Below, one piece after another: positions 23,397 through 34,615 of a DNA stretch of 64,000 nt. The position numbers were made by a program, and so were the translations under genes. The notes under the pieces were generated by a model that was given only the letters and a program-made list of their open reading frames with translations, had not been told where the DNA came from and ran no database searches. How positions within the stretch are numbered: the first letter of the stretch is position 1; each line of letters opens with the position of its first letter. This stretch comes from Massalongia carnosa (taxonomy: Eukaryota), in contig OZ287076.1 of the NCBI GenBank assembly GCA_965645245.1, positions 186,001 through 250,000 on the forward strand. The letters run 5' to 3'.

Positions 23397-26300
23397 CTAC
23401 CTTACTCTTTCCATTTTTTGCAGTCCCAATTGACTAATGAACCGATTGAAGATGGGCTTATTTAGAGGCTTGGTTAGGCCGTCGGCAATCATCTCTCCGC
23501 TGGGTATGTACTCGACCTGAATTCGATTTCGCTTGTGCAGGTCCCGAATGTGATGATAGGCAACGTCGATATGCTTAGATCTATCATGAATGTGAGCATC
23601 TTTTGCCAGTTGGATAGCGGCTTGATTATCTCCTTTTAACCGCATCGGGGAGTCAGCTTGATGCGTCAAGTTCTCACGAATATTGACGTTATGACTGAAA
23701 TATTTCTCGAAGCCTATGTCTTTCATCAGCTGAACGAGCCATAAACCCTCCTTAGCACAAGTTGATAAGGCCATGTATTCTGCCTCCGTTGTAGACGTAG
23801 CAACCGACTTTTGCTTTCTGCTCATCCACGATATAGGCCCTCCCCCTAGCATGTACACGTATCCCAAGATCGATTTTCTTTCGAGCCTATCAGCTGCGTA
23901 GTCTGAGTCGGAATACCCAATGAGGCCTTGGCCATGATTCCCCCCAGCCCCATACAGTATACCGATGTCAATGGTGGACCGAACGTATCTAAGCAGCGTC
24001 TTTAGTGCATGACCGTGATGAGCAGCTGGATCACTGAGATATTGGCTTAGCCTTCCAAGAGCAAAAGCTATATCTGGCCGCGTATGAATTGCCGCGTACA
24101 TCAGGCTTCCAACAATTTGCTGATATTCTCTTTGATCTATGCGCTTATCATCTTTTCCAGCCGGTCGCAATGAATCATAGCCGTTCATTGGAATTTCGGT
24201 AGGCCTGTGTTTGTCAGCGCTCATATGTGTTCTCTCCATCACATCTTTGAGATAATGCGTCTGGTCCATTCGAAGAGTTCGATTTTTCCGATCTCTGGTT
24301 ACTCGTATGCCCAGAACCTTCGACACTTCTCCTAGGTCCTTGATGCTAACGGCAGCATTGAACTCTTTCTTGAACCAATCGATCTCTTTCATCATTTTGG
24401 AGGCGATCACCAGGTCATCTACGTGCATGAATATGATGATTCCCTTTTTAGGATGAGTAAATAGGCATGGGTCAGATGAGCATTGAATGAAGCCTAGTTT
24501 GGTCAGCTCATTTGTACAGCGGCTATTCCATTCTCTGGCGGACTGCTTTAAACCGTATAGACTTTGCAGAATCTGAAGAACTCTACCAGGGGCAACGTTT
24601 ACTCCTTCCGGTGCGGTCATGTAAATGACATCTTTCAAGGTTGATTGGGTAAATGCGTTATTCACGTCCACTTGATGACATTCCAGGTTTTCCATCGCTA
24701 CTATGGCAAGCACTGCACGTAGGGTATCTGATCTTACCGTGGGGGCGAAAGTGTCCTCATAGTCGATGCCGTATTTTTGAGTAAACCCACGGGCGACTAA
24801 TCTTGCTTTAAACTTCTCCAATGAGCCATCGAGGTTGGTTTTTACTTTAAACACCCATTTGCAGGTGACGATGTTCGTTTTGGGAGGTGGAACAACTTCT
24901 TTCCAAGTCTTATTACCGATGAGCGCCTTGATCTCGGTGTTCACTGCTTCTTTCCATAGTTCCCCCCACACCGGATCATTTACTGCTTCCTTGTAAGACT
25001 TAGGCTCGGGTATGTTTCTTTCAAATGAAGAAGCATCAGCCGATAGGGCAGATTCGAATTTGAGATAGCCATCTTCATCCTCGTTATTATCGTCGGCGAA
25101 CAGCGCTAGAAAAGCGCGCGGTATTTTGAAAGCCGGTTCTTCGGGAACTGAGTCTTCATCAGATCGCTTTCGCTTCGGGATTGCAACATGAGAGAATATG
25201 CTAGTGCTAGCCTTAGGCACAGCTGCGGCTGGGATTGAATCATTCGCTATGGGCGACTCTTCGGAAGTTGGGATTGGTGGTACGTTTTGAGTGACATCAT
25301 CTTTCGGGTTTGGTTGGTCATGAGTTTGATTCTGTTGACTAGAAACCTCCACATGCGAAAATCTTTCTACTAATTTGGCGGGTTCGCTGATTTTCGTTTC
25401 TTTTGTCTTTTGTGGTCTTCCTACTGGCCGTCTTTCTGGTAGCACGTTGGGTGTCTGCTTCCGCAAGTTTAAATCAACGCTGCCACCTTTTAAATTTTCA
25501 TCAAATTTTACGACATGGCTTCTGATGATTTTTCCCATGTCGGGTGCCCAGAGACGATACTGTTTAGTGGTCTCTTCTACATATCCCATAAAGACTCCGA
25601 TTCTGCCTCTGTCCATGAACTTGTCTCTTCTGTCCCCCGCGGGTAGCGATTTGGGATCGACGTACGAATAGCATTTGCATCCCCATACCCTAATGTGATC
25701 AATGGATGGCTTGACGCCCGTGAAGGCTTCTTCCGGTGTGCTAGCATAGCCGTCGATGATCGGTCCGCATCCCGTGCGATTCCGAAGATATGCATCAGTT
25801 TCCATGGCTTCCTTCCAGAATTCGATTGGGAGTTCTGCGTCCTTTATCATGGCTCGCACCGAGTTCTCGGTGGTACGAATTGCTCGCTCGGCGACTCCGT
25901 TCTGAATAGACATATGAGGAACGGTGTATTGCGGAATAATACCGATTGAGGAGCACCATTCATCAAGAGTAGCCTTCAGCTCGGTGGCATTGTCACTCCG
26001 TACAGCCAATAGTCTTTGTGCACTTTGTAATTCGACTTTTATTCTCCATTTTCGCAATTCACCTGGTGCTTCGTCTCGCCTTTTGAGTGGAATGGACCAT
26101 ATCTTTCTAGAATAGTTGTCCACAATTTCCAAAAAGTATGTGTATCCTTCTCGAGAGGCAGGCAAAGGACCGCAAATATCGATGGAGACCAGAGCCAGAA
26201 GAGAGGTTTTTCGCTCGGTCGCTTTGCCTCTTTTATTGGTGAGCTTAGTGAGCGCGCATACCTCGCAAATGTGATCCTCTTCTTTGCTGACCGGAATAGG

Positions 26301-28070
26301 CTTTTCTAGGGTGGTGACCTTATGCAGGTTACGAAGCTTTTCTCGGCCTAGGTGAGCGAATCTTCGATGCCATAGCCTGTACGTTTCGGAGTGTTTGTCC
26401 GTCTTGGTTGGGTTAAGTGCGGGTGTTGACTCAATCTCGATTTCCATATTGTTATGTGTTGTTGGACATGTTAAACCCGCGCCGCGCGGCTTTAACGCCT
26501 CTGATGAAGACGAGAGTGATGCAATATCAACTTTGCTTGGAAAGGCAATGTCATGATGCATGGACGCGGTTAATGCGAATTCATCGAGATCCTTTGCTAT
26601 TTTCTCGACGATATATACTCCCCCTCGCTGCCGTGCCTCCATGATCTCCTTGCCTTGCTTGTCATGCATCTTCAGCCCGTGCTGATCGAAACTTCCGATG
26701 AGGCCCTTCTCGCACATCCGCCTTCCAGACAAGAGATTAACCCCTAGCTTGGGGACATAAAGGACAGAAGAAAGAAATCCCTGATTTCCGTGCCCATCCT
26801 TGATCACGCACGTACCGCGATGACATGCTCTCAATTCTCCCCCGCCGACCTTTATTCTTCTTTCTCTAATCTTTGTCAGAGGTCCGCTAAAGAGCTGAAG
26901 CTTGTCAGTCATGTGGGATGATGCGCCAGAGTCAGCTACCCATTTTGATCTGGGAATCTTACAGACTGCTTCTCTGGAGAGGGCCGCAGTTTCCTCGAGA
27001 TCATCTAGATCATCGTCATTGTCGCCTGATGAGAAGCTATCGTTCTCGTCCTCTTCTTCTGACTCGCCAGCGAGATAGCTCCGATGGCGCTTGACGGATG
27101 ATTTGCCTTTATTAACCTCTTTCTTCTTCTTCGCGAGGCTCCTGACGTGGCTGCGAGTGCTTTCCAAGAATTCGCACTCTTTGGTCCAGTGGCCGACTTC
27201 TCCACAGATTAAGCATCCCTTTTGCGAGTTGTCCTTGATTTTCGTTTCTCTCTTTGCACTTGAGGACCTTTCGTGCCGTCTGGATCGCTCCTGCCTGGAG
27301 TTGTTGAATGTGCTTTGACTTCTGGATGGGTTGAGAGGCCGTCGCTGCTCTCTTCGCTGTTCTTTCTGCTTTGCGAGCAAGGCTAAATCTGCTTTCGCCT
27401 GTGTTAGCTGAATTTCTTTGTCTTCCAACCTTTTTATGCCAATTTCGGCATCTACTCCCCCAATTGCATCAATTCCGTCCCTAATGACCGCGTACTCGGC
27501 TGGGAGAGATTGTAAGATTAATTGGAATAGTTGCCGAGTGGGAAATGCGTCTCGAAGTGTGGGTGTGGCCATGACGACCTTGTCTCTCAACAACAAAAGT
27601 TCCCCCCATGCTTCCTGAACGGTGGTGTTCTCTTTCATTTTATATGACACCAGCTCTTGAAGGTAATGTCTTCCTGAGGTGGGAAGGATGCTGTTGTACT
27701 TGCTTAACAGCGAGGTCCACTTTTCCGCCGCTGTCTTCATCACTCTTACGCGTTCTTGATCGAATTGGCTTAAGCAGATGGTTATAAGATAGCATGCTTT
27801 AGCGTTGTCCTTTCTCCATCTTTCCGAATCGATAATTGGGGTTTCCGGGGTGAGGGGTGTGTCTGATTTATCTATTCCTTTTCCATCAAGGCTTAATTTG
27901 TCCATTCGCTGCTGAAGGTACGAGGAATTGGGCTGTGGCTCGCTTATTGTATGAAAGATGCCTTCCGCTTCGAAATGCATTTCGGCCAGCTCGAACCATC
28001 TTTGATAGTTCTCCCTTGTCAGAACGGGCAAGGGTCTTCTTTTCGCTAGATCGTCTGCGATTGTTGTCAT
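23397..28070 (-). CDS. Copia Gag-Pol polyprotein, uninterrupted 1557-aa ORF
   Basis: CLICGEVGHWTKEC; WVADSGASSHM; LWHRRFAH; QNGVAER; FKARLVARGFTQ; HVDD; YSDSDYA; RSKHIDVAYH. Confidence 0.95.
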   Translation of the reverse strand: MTTIADDLAKRRPLPVLTRENYQRWFELAEMHFEAEGIFHTISEPQPNSSYLQQRMDKLSLDGKGIDKSDTPLTPETPIIDSERWRKDNAKACYLITICLSQFDQERVRVMKTAAEKWTSLLSKYNSILPTSGRHYLQELVSYKMKENTTVQEAWGELLLLRDKVVMATPTLRDAFPTRQLFQLILQSLPAEYAVIRDGIDAIGGVDAEIGIKRLEDKEIQLTQAKADLALLAKQKEQRREQRRPLNPSRSQSTFNNSRQERSRRHERSSSAKRETKIKDNSQKGCLICGEVGHWTKECEFLESTRSHVRSLAKKKKEVNKGKSSVKRHRSYLAGESEEEDENDSFSSGDNDDDLDDLEETAALSREAVCKIPRSKWVADSGASSHMTDKLQLFSGPLTKIRERRIKVGGGELRACHRGTCVIKDGHGNQGFLSSVLYVPKLGVNLLSGRRMCEKGLIGSFDQHGLKMHDKQGKEIMEARQRGGVYIVEKIAKDLDEFALTASMHHDIAFPSKVDIASLSSSSEALKPRGAGLTCPTTHNNMEIEIESTPALNPTKTDKHSETYRLWHRRFAHLGREKLRNLHKVTTLEKPIPVSKEEDHICEVCALTKLTNKRGKATERKTSLLALVSIDICGPLPASREGYTYFLEIVDNYSRKIWSIPLKRRDEAPGELRKWRIKVELQSAQRLLAVRSDNATELKATLDEWCSSIGIIPQYTVPHMSIQNGVAERAIRTTENSVRAMIKDAELPIEFWKEAMETDAYLRNRTGCGPIIDGYASTPEEAFTGVKPSIDHIRVWGCKCYSYVDPKSLPAGDRRDKFMDRGRIGVFMGYVEETTKQYRLWAPDMGKIIRSHVVKFDENLKGGSVDLNLRKQTPNVLPERRPVGRPQKTKETKISEPAKLVERFSHVEVSSQQNQTHDQPNPKDDVTQNVPPIPTSEESPIANDSIPAAAVPKASTSIFSHVAIPKRKRSDEDSVPEEPAFKIPRAFLALFADDNNEDEDGYLKFESALSADASSFERNIPEPKSYKEAVNDPVWGELWKEAVNTEIKALIGNKTWKEVVPPPKTNIVTCKWVFKVKTNLDGSLEKFKARLVARGFTQKYGIDYEDTFAPTVRSDTLRAVLAIVAMENLECHQVDVNNAFTQSTLKDVIYMTAPEGVNVAPGRVLQILQSLYGLKQSAREWNSRCTNELTKLGFIQCSSDPCLFTHPKKGIIIFMHVDDLVIASKMMKEIDWFKKEFNAAVSIKDLGEVSKVLGIRVTRDRKNRTLRMDQTHYLKDVMERTHMSADKHRPTEIPMNGYDSLRPAGKDDKRIDQREYQQIVGSLMYAAIHTRPDIAFALGRLSQYLSDPAAHHGHALKTLLRYVRSTIDIGILYGAGGNHGQGLIGYSDSDYAADRLERKSILGYVYMLGGGPISWMSRKQKSVATSTTEAEYMALSTCAKEGLWLVQLMKDIGFEKYFSHNVNIRENLTHQADSPMRLKGDNQAAIQLAKDAHIHDRSKHIDVAYHHIRDLHKRNRIQVEYIPSGEMIADGLTKPLNKPIFNRFISQLGLQKMERVR

Positions 28071-28108
28071 TTTTGATATTTGATTGTGCTTGTTGGATCC
28101 GTCGTATC

Positions 28109-28295
28109 AAGCTGCCGGGAGTGCTGGTTTATCCTGCCACAGGAATCGTAAGGAGCTGCCGAGGTGCTGGTTTATCCTACCATAGGAATCGTAAGGAGCT
28201 GCCGAGGTGCTGGTTTATCCTACCATAGGAATCGTAAGGAGCTGCCGAGGTGCTGATTCTTCCTACCTAAAGGAATCGTAGTCGAGCTGCCGAGA
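28109..28295. repeat. About 4 tandem copies of a 43-bp unit in the Copia B 5' leader
   Basis: GAGCTGCCGAGGTGCTGGTTTATCCTACCATAGGAATCGTAAG; AGGAATCGTA recurs at 28141, 28184, 28227 and 28271. Confidence 0.9.
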
Positions 28296-28367
28296 TAGCG
28301 ATTTGCGAAGAGCTATATCCTTTTCTGATGTTCGGAAGCTTGTTGCTGACCGTGCTCATAACCAGTT

Positions 28368-28774
28368 TGTTGAAACACCAGGCTATTGATCATGAAACGG
28401 AAGTAGGGCAAATAAGAAGCATACATTTCATTGAGGGTTATTATCTATGTGGGCTATCTACCTGCTTTTATAGCAGTCACACAGCAGTAATGCTGTAGGC
28501 TTCCTATAGCTGCCTGTTAGGCACCTCCATAGGTGCCTGGTAGACACCCGTGTGACTCACGATGGATGCCTATATTGATGGTAGCCTGACCATCTAACCA
28601 ATGGTAGCCTCACCATCTAACAATATATTCCGTTTTGCCTCCCTTAGCTGGCAGATGGATGACATCTCGAATGATTAGTGATGTGTTGCCACGGCCGAAA
28701 TAACCCTTAGTGCTTGATCCGCATTCGGTTAGTGCTCTTATTAATAAGCAGACATCTCGGCTCAATTCTCAACA
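28368..28774 (-). mobile_element. Solo LTR of Copia family A (407 bp)
   Basis: Reverse complement of 5983-6389 with about 3 substitutions by eye; TSD CAGTT at 28363-28367 and 28775-28779. Confidence 0.95.
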
Positions 28775-29199
28775 CAGTTAAAAGGAGACTCTGGTTGCAG
28801 GTAATCGCATTGACTATATAGCTATCTGAAAGGAAAAGAGCAGACTTTTCACCAAAGGGCAAAGCACGCTAAACCTAAAACCTTCCTAGAGAAGATTAGA
28901 CTACCCGCTATCCACGCAGTGAGCCCAACAAGCCATTATAACCATAATCGCAACCGCCATTCAACAGCAAGCAAGCAATGCTTTTCTCTTCGTGTTCGTC
29001 TTGTCTAGCTATCATGTACCACATGGATAGGACCTCTGCCTACAGACCGTAACAGATAATTCGTCGTTTATCATCTGATGACGCTCGTTTCGTGGAATTT
29101 AGTGATTGTGGCTCGAGAACTCTAGGCGGATCCGTCATTTGAATTGTCGATTGCCGGATCTCTTCGAAAATTAAAAACCCCGTCTTGAAAATCTCACGG

Positions 29200-30910
29200 C
29201 GATCGCCATAGAATGTGTTTCTGTGATCATTGATGACATACTGAGGCTTGATTGACGTTTGAAAGTTCTGAAAAACGACTGCTTGAGCCGTCGGATCAGT
29301 TAATCGCCTCAGACATAGGACGCTCTCCGAATATCCTCGAACGCATTCCGGATCGTACTCGATCCTTCACAAGAGCGCCGTATTTTGAGACATCGTCCGA
29401 CGAGTTTATGAGTATTCGAAACCTGCGGCGATTGCCGCGTGAGCCGCTTTCGATATGCCGCGACCTTCGACATTCCTTTACCTGCCCGAGATGACGTTTA
29501 GGCAAAAACAAAAAAAGTGCCTCCATCTAATTACGCCGCGCAACGGGTTGTGTTTTCGCCACAAAATTGCTTTTTCGCCACCGGGTTTTTCTTTCAAAAC
29601 TCAACCCGGACACCAAAAATCTTAGGGTTCGCCACAAACGGGTTGGGTTTTCAGTAGAGAAACCTAACCCGTTGCGCGGTGTACATCTAATACCGCTGCG
29701 TAGGAACCCTTATCAACTATCGTCGAAGTTTTCGGCGGATTGATGAGACTTAAAAGATTCTCGTCGATGATGAGGAACAGATCGTGCGTGAAATCAGAAG
29801 AAAATGAAAATCTCGTAGAAATTGAATAGAAATCGTAGGTTGTGATAATGATATCGATTTATATTGAGTTAATGTAGATACTTTTTCAAACAGTATTACA
29901 CCTATAGTCAATTATCTTGCGATCGATTCCTGCAAGCCAGACTATCGTCTTCAAAGAATTATTGACCCCACGTTGTCGCGATTCTCCGATTGCAGGCGCA
30001 CCGAAATTGTTTCGAATAGGGCTGAAACTAGCTAGAGCAGAGCGAACAGATAAGTACCACTCTGAAACGCGCAACTTCATGGCCGAAGAGCTGGAGACAC
30101 ATTTCACAAACGCATGTGTTGTCGTCGTGATGACTTCTTGGCCATTTGGCATCCGCAGCCGCAACCCGAGGCATCCGTGGTTGGTCAGAAATTCGTCTGG
30201 CGATTCGCCACGGCATAGAATATCCCGAAGCAATCCGATCCGAAGTCATGTCATATTGCGCTATGAGATATCCGACTCGCTGCCCACCCACCGAATCAAC
30301 AGCACCAAGTTCAACACGCTTTCATTGCCCCTCTGTCATCGAAAAGAATCATGACAAATCCGCAGATTAGTAACCGCACTCCAACCGAGCCGGGGAAAAA
30401 CTCCCTGAGTGTACGCAGGTCATCGGATCTCAACAGACGTCGGCAGTTGATCCGCCTCACTAGAGGATCTTCACGAAAGAGATGGAGACTTGGCGGAGGA
30501 AGTTCATGACCTGGTAGTGCTGCAGGGAAATCAGATTAGATTGTGTCAGCCTCAGTCTCAGGAGTACGGTAGGGTTAACCTGCAACTGGCCTGATTCGGC
30601 TGAGCAGACGATATTCATTGATGTCGATTGATGTATCAAGTGCGTCTTCTGTAAGGGTGTCTGAAGCAGCCTGTGTTCGAATTCGCTTGGCGGATCTTTT
30701 GATATCATCCTAATGTCGAAAAATGAGTCACCGAAATCTTCAAGATGGACCGTCGGTGGCATACCATGATAAAGTTCTCGCTTGGTCTTGGTGTTGATTG
30801 GTTAAATCTTATCGAAGAGAAACACTTGCCGTTAATGCAGGATGCAGGTTGCAGGAACGGAGGTTTTTCGTGCGTACTCGGTAAAGTGCGAGCATTAGCG
30901 AGCCACACTT
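29200..30910 (-). pseudogene. Degenerate fungal gene, possibly a trypsin-like serine peptidase fold
   Basis: Fragments GCLGLRLRMPNGQEVITTTTHAFV and ALL*RIE..GYSESVLCL..AVVFQNFQ resemble T..H and G.SGS protease motifs. Many stops and frameshifts, plus a MITE insertion. Confidence 0.45.
29532..29683. mobile_element. 152-bp MITE, hAT-like
   Basis: 18-bp TIRs TACGCCGCGCAACGGGTT / AACCCGTTGCGCGGTGTA (17/18 match); 8-bp TSD CATCTAAT at 29524-29531 and 29684-29691. Confidence 0.9.
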
Positions 30911-31456
30911 GACAGGACGCCTCTAGTCGAAACGAAGTAGGTACTACTTTTGCTCTCCAGAGAGTGTTTTATCTTTCTCTGATGCTCTACTTCATCTACG
31001 GTTCATATCGTACTTCATCGACATCTAATTGTCACAGCATTTGCGGTTCACAAAGTACTCCACTGCGGCGTCTAACTTGTCAGTCTAGTCTCTTGTGATT
31101 GAATTGCCTTGATTATCTGTTCAGCCTCACCTCAGGTATGAAGAAAAGCGCGTTTATCGTCTGTTTTTTCAATTTCATCTTGATGATAAAGTATTTCGCT
31201 TTCATCAATCATTACAAGAGCTTCTCTCCATTGGCCCTGCTCCAAGGTTGGCCGGCGGCGCCTTATCTCAAGGAGGAGCTGAGTCAATCTCTTGCATCAT
31301 GTTCGTATGATAACGCTACGATCAAGCCGTGTTCTTTGCGTCGTAATTGACGAAGAAGAGACGTCAAATTCTTGCTGCAGTAAAACTCTCACTACTCTGC
31401 AACAGCAATCGTACTTTCGTTTCAGGCCCGAGGTCTCTGTCAGATTTGTGTCGCCA

Positions 31457-33820
31457 TCACATGATGGAATCATCATGTGCATCATTCTCCAGCAGCAGTT
31501 GAACTATCGCTTCATGTCCACCTGACGAAGCCTCTGTCAGAGCCGTTTGACCAGTCCATGCTTTAGCGTGAACATGTGCCCCTTTTTCTAGCAGTAGTCT
31601 TACTATCGCTTCATGTCCATGAGACGAAGCTTCTTTTAGAGCCGTCTTATCAGATCCACCCCCGACGTTGACACCCGCTCCGTTTTCCAGAAGCAATCCT
31701 ACTATCGCTTCATCTCCATTTCTCGAAGCTGTCAGCAGCAATGGATCAGTTACAGCCATTTCGTGAATATTCGCCCCTTTATCTAGAAGTAACTTCGTTA
31801 TCATGACATTACCTTTTTCGACAGCGTAGAATAAAGGTACTCGTTTCATATTATCTCTCTTAGATACTCGAAAGCGAACCTGAAGAATATTTCTTGCTCC
31901 TTTCAAAAATTTCTTAGCAAGGTTGACAAAGCCGAAATATGCAGCTAAGTGTAGCAAAGTAAAAGATTTCCCAGAGCGTAACATGTCATAAAAATTTCAT
32001 CTGAAAATATATGTCCTTAATCAAGCATTAGGCACAATAGATATATTCTTGAAGAAAGTATGCGAATAATCAAAGCTAGAAGAGCGTCGGGCGTGCTTCG
32101 ATCCAAAAAACGTTGCGTATAACAGAAACTGGTATTGGTTCAAGCGATCGTTATCAGAATACTTAGAAATCCCGCCGATTAAATGAAATGGCCCTTTTGC
32201 AAAGGCTCTGGCTTCGAGATAATCGAGACAAGTCTTTAAAACTGTCAAGTTCTTTCCGCCTCTCTAAAATATCTAGCCGCGCATCGAAATAATTCTTTTT
32301 GCGTAACAGGTAATCCTTGACCGATTGATGAACCAGGTTAATCCTGTTATCAGGCGTTGTGACATGTATTAAAGCTCCACAGAATCCAACATGATCTCTG
32401 ATGACTTCGTCATAGTTCAGAGTTCCATCGCCTCGGATATCTGTCGCAGCCGCCAATTCTGTCAAGGTCAGAGAATAGATCGCATCAAGCCCTGATGGAA
32501 TACTGTTGAGAACATTTCGCACTTCAGCAGCGCTCGTTCTCCACAGTTCTTCAATGACAAAAGAAACCCATAGGAATGTTCCGTTGGCACGTTGCAGCAA
32601 TATATCCATCACGAACTTTTTAAGCGTTTCAGAATAATCTTTCTTCCTAGCTAGCTCTTCGACTCGGACAGAAACAAATAGTAGAAGATCGCAATTCACC
32701 TCGTGGTCTGAATCTGGATCAAGTCTTATCCGGTTCCACTCGAAAAACTGTCGTGAAATGCAAGCTGGTAGATCTCGGCTGAGGAATATAAACTTGCATA
32801 TTTAACCTGAAGGCTTTCGATCCGTCGAAGAAAAGAATCTGTTGCACTCTTTTAACCAAGTTTCTAAAGACGACTGCTGACATTCATCAAGATCATCGAT
32901 GACGCAGTAATTCATGGCTTGAACACTTGAGTTATTTATCATGTTTCGGAAAATTCTCCAAAGTGCTTCCGGAGCTGTTGGAGAGTAGAGAAAATTTTTG
33001 TTCTGCTGCTGGAATTCGGGTAGAATATATCGAAACAAGGCTCGACGTTGCTTAAGCATTTGCGAGATTAACGACTTGAGAATTGCTACACTGGTGTTGC
33101 GATCTGAGTCTTTGTTGTCACAGAAAAAGTATAACAGTATAGCGTTTTCCGATTTCTTTCTCATATTCTCGAGCACTTATGTGCGGAAAATCGAGATCAT
33201 TGTTTTGCCCTTTCCAGGACCACCAGATATCCAAAGGGCAAGCGTTTTGACATCTTCTAGCCATTATAAACAAAGCTCATGACTTGTTATCCACTCGCAG
33301 GTGTTATCAACCCGTTTTCCTTTAGCGTTGATCAGTCTTTGTCTGTCGTCTTCGGGATTCGTCACAGATAAAGCTTGGAGGCAGTTCTCCTCTGGGAAAT
33401 CTCAACTACATCAGCCAGATAAAACATAAGATCCGTTTACTGAAGCAAGAACAGACCTTTATTATTTTGACTCATCTTATAGAATATTCTTATGAGTATG
33501 ACATTGCAAGATACCTAACGATAAGATACCACATACCATTGCGTTATGAAATTGATTCGTGATATCTTACAAAAATCAATTGCGTTTCCACAGCTTTCCT
33601 TTCTAAGATAACTCACTAGAATTGATTGCGACATTCTCGCCGCCCTGGGCGCCAGTATATAAGCCAAAATTGTCTCGAGCGGAGTTGTTGGTGATATCCG
33701 AAGTCTGTCGAGAATGATTTGCCTTGATCGAGTTAATTGAATGAAACCGATCAACGATTTGGTTGGACTCGACGTTACCATTCGGGAATCTTCACCTAGA
33801 GCAGGAAAGACCGAACTCAT
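31457..33820 (-). pseudogene. NACHT-ankyrin NLR with a short N-terminal extension encoded on micro-exons
   Basis: CLQALSVTNPEDDR..GKRVDNTCEWI, LWISGGPGKGKT, LYFFCD, CVIDDLDEC, ANGTFLWV, LVHQSVKDYL and ankyrin repeats (TAL.EASS.GHEAIV.LLLE). Four frame-preserving introns at 33778-33723, 33616-33566, 33536-33476 and 33456-33392; stops and frameshifts in the NACHT region. Confidence 0.88.
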
Positions 33821-34037
33821 CTTTTAAGACTGCGAACGGCGTCGTTGACAAGGATGAGACTCGTGAGATCCTTCTGTATGAGATAATCATTGATGTTGGA
33901 AAACGGGGATGAAGATAATCCTTATCCTTGGTGAGGAGTTAACTAAGTCTGAACAGCATTTTGGCGTCTCGCAATGGAATGACAAATCATCAGATAAGAA
34001 TGATTGGCTAATAGACTGAGAGATCAACGAAACCACT

Positions 34038-34404
34038 ATGTCATTCTTGAGAAAGCTTCAACAAGTGTAAAGAAATGGCAGGGCTTTCAGATCCGCTCAA
34101 CAGTATAATCGATGCTATCGCGGAGTGAGAAGTCATGATCTGATTTTCCAACAGCGCTCATTGATGTATGAGCATCGTCTTTGTCCACGGTCTGCACGGC
34201 GATCGGGAGAAAACGTGGACCCGATTCAATGTTTTCTAACCCCAACAACTCCTTCCAGTCGATGTGAAACGAGCCCGCATCCTATCCTGGGGATATGATG
34301 CGCTCATCGCCCACCTCTGGTCTAAGATCTCGCAGAACGAACTCAATGATCACTCATCCAATCTCTGTGGCGACTTGATCGGGTTACGAGACTCCACCGA
34401 AGCG
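34038..34404 (+). pseudogene. SesB-like / DUF676-type alpha/beta hydrolase, 5' fragment
   Basis: Spliced DAIAD|IVFVHGLHGDREKTWT..F*PQQLLP.DV..ARILSWGYDA..SQNELNDHSSNL..DL. Stop at the conserved Trp; the remainder is lost at the downstream TE cluster. Confidence 0.8.
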
Positions 34405-34535
34405 GTGAGTGGTGGTTTCTACATGTACCTTTGGAAGACGGGAACGAGATGCCTAGGGACAGTCCCCTCCCGACCGTCCCCTGTGTAAATCTTTGCTAGT
34501 AAACACTGCTCATCCAGGGTGCGTACAAGCTATTA

Positions 34536-34613
34536 CAGTCGAACCTCGCTATAGGGAAGTTCCGTATAACGAAAACCTCGGCATAACGAAATTATTTTTC
34601 GGATTTTTGTAGT
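34536..34613. mobile_element. Orphan pogo/Tigger-like terminal sequence
   Basis: TA|CAGTCGAACCTCGCTATA..CCGTATAACGAA..CCTCGGCATAACGAA; no partner TIR found in the window. Confidence 0.55.
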
Positions 34614-34615
34614 TA

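Larger units (their letters stand above)
23187..28966 (-). mobile_element. Complete Ty1/Copia retrotransposon (family B) with 191-bp LTRs and a nested solo LTR
   Basis: LTR copies at 23187-23377 and 28776-28966 (plus 28364-28367). TSD GCAAG at 23182-23186 and 28967-28971, PBS GGTTATGAGC (reverse complement 28354-28363), PPT next to 23378. Confidence 0.95.

Noticed and set aside
28109..28295. CRISPR-like regularly spaced repeats
   Set aside because: The units are contiguous with no unique spacers, lie inside a Copia leader in a eukaryotic genome, and have no cas genes nearby.
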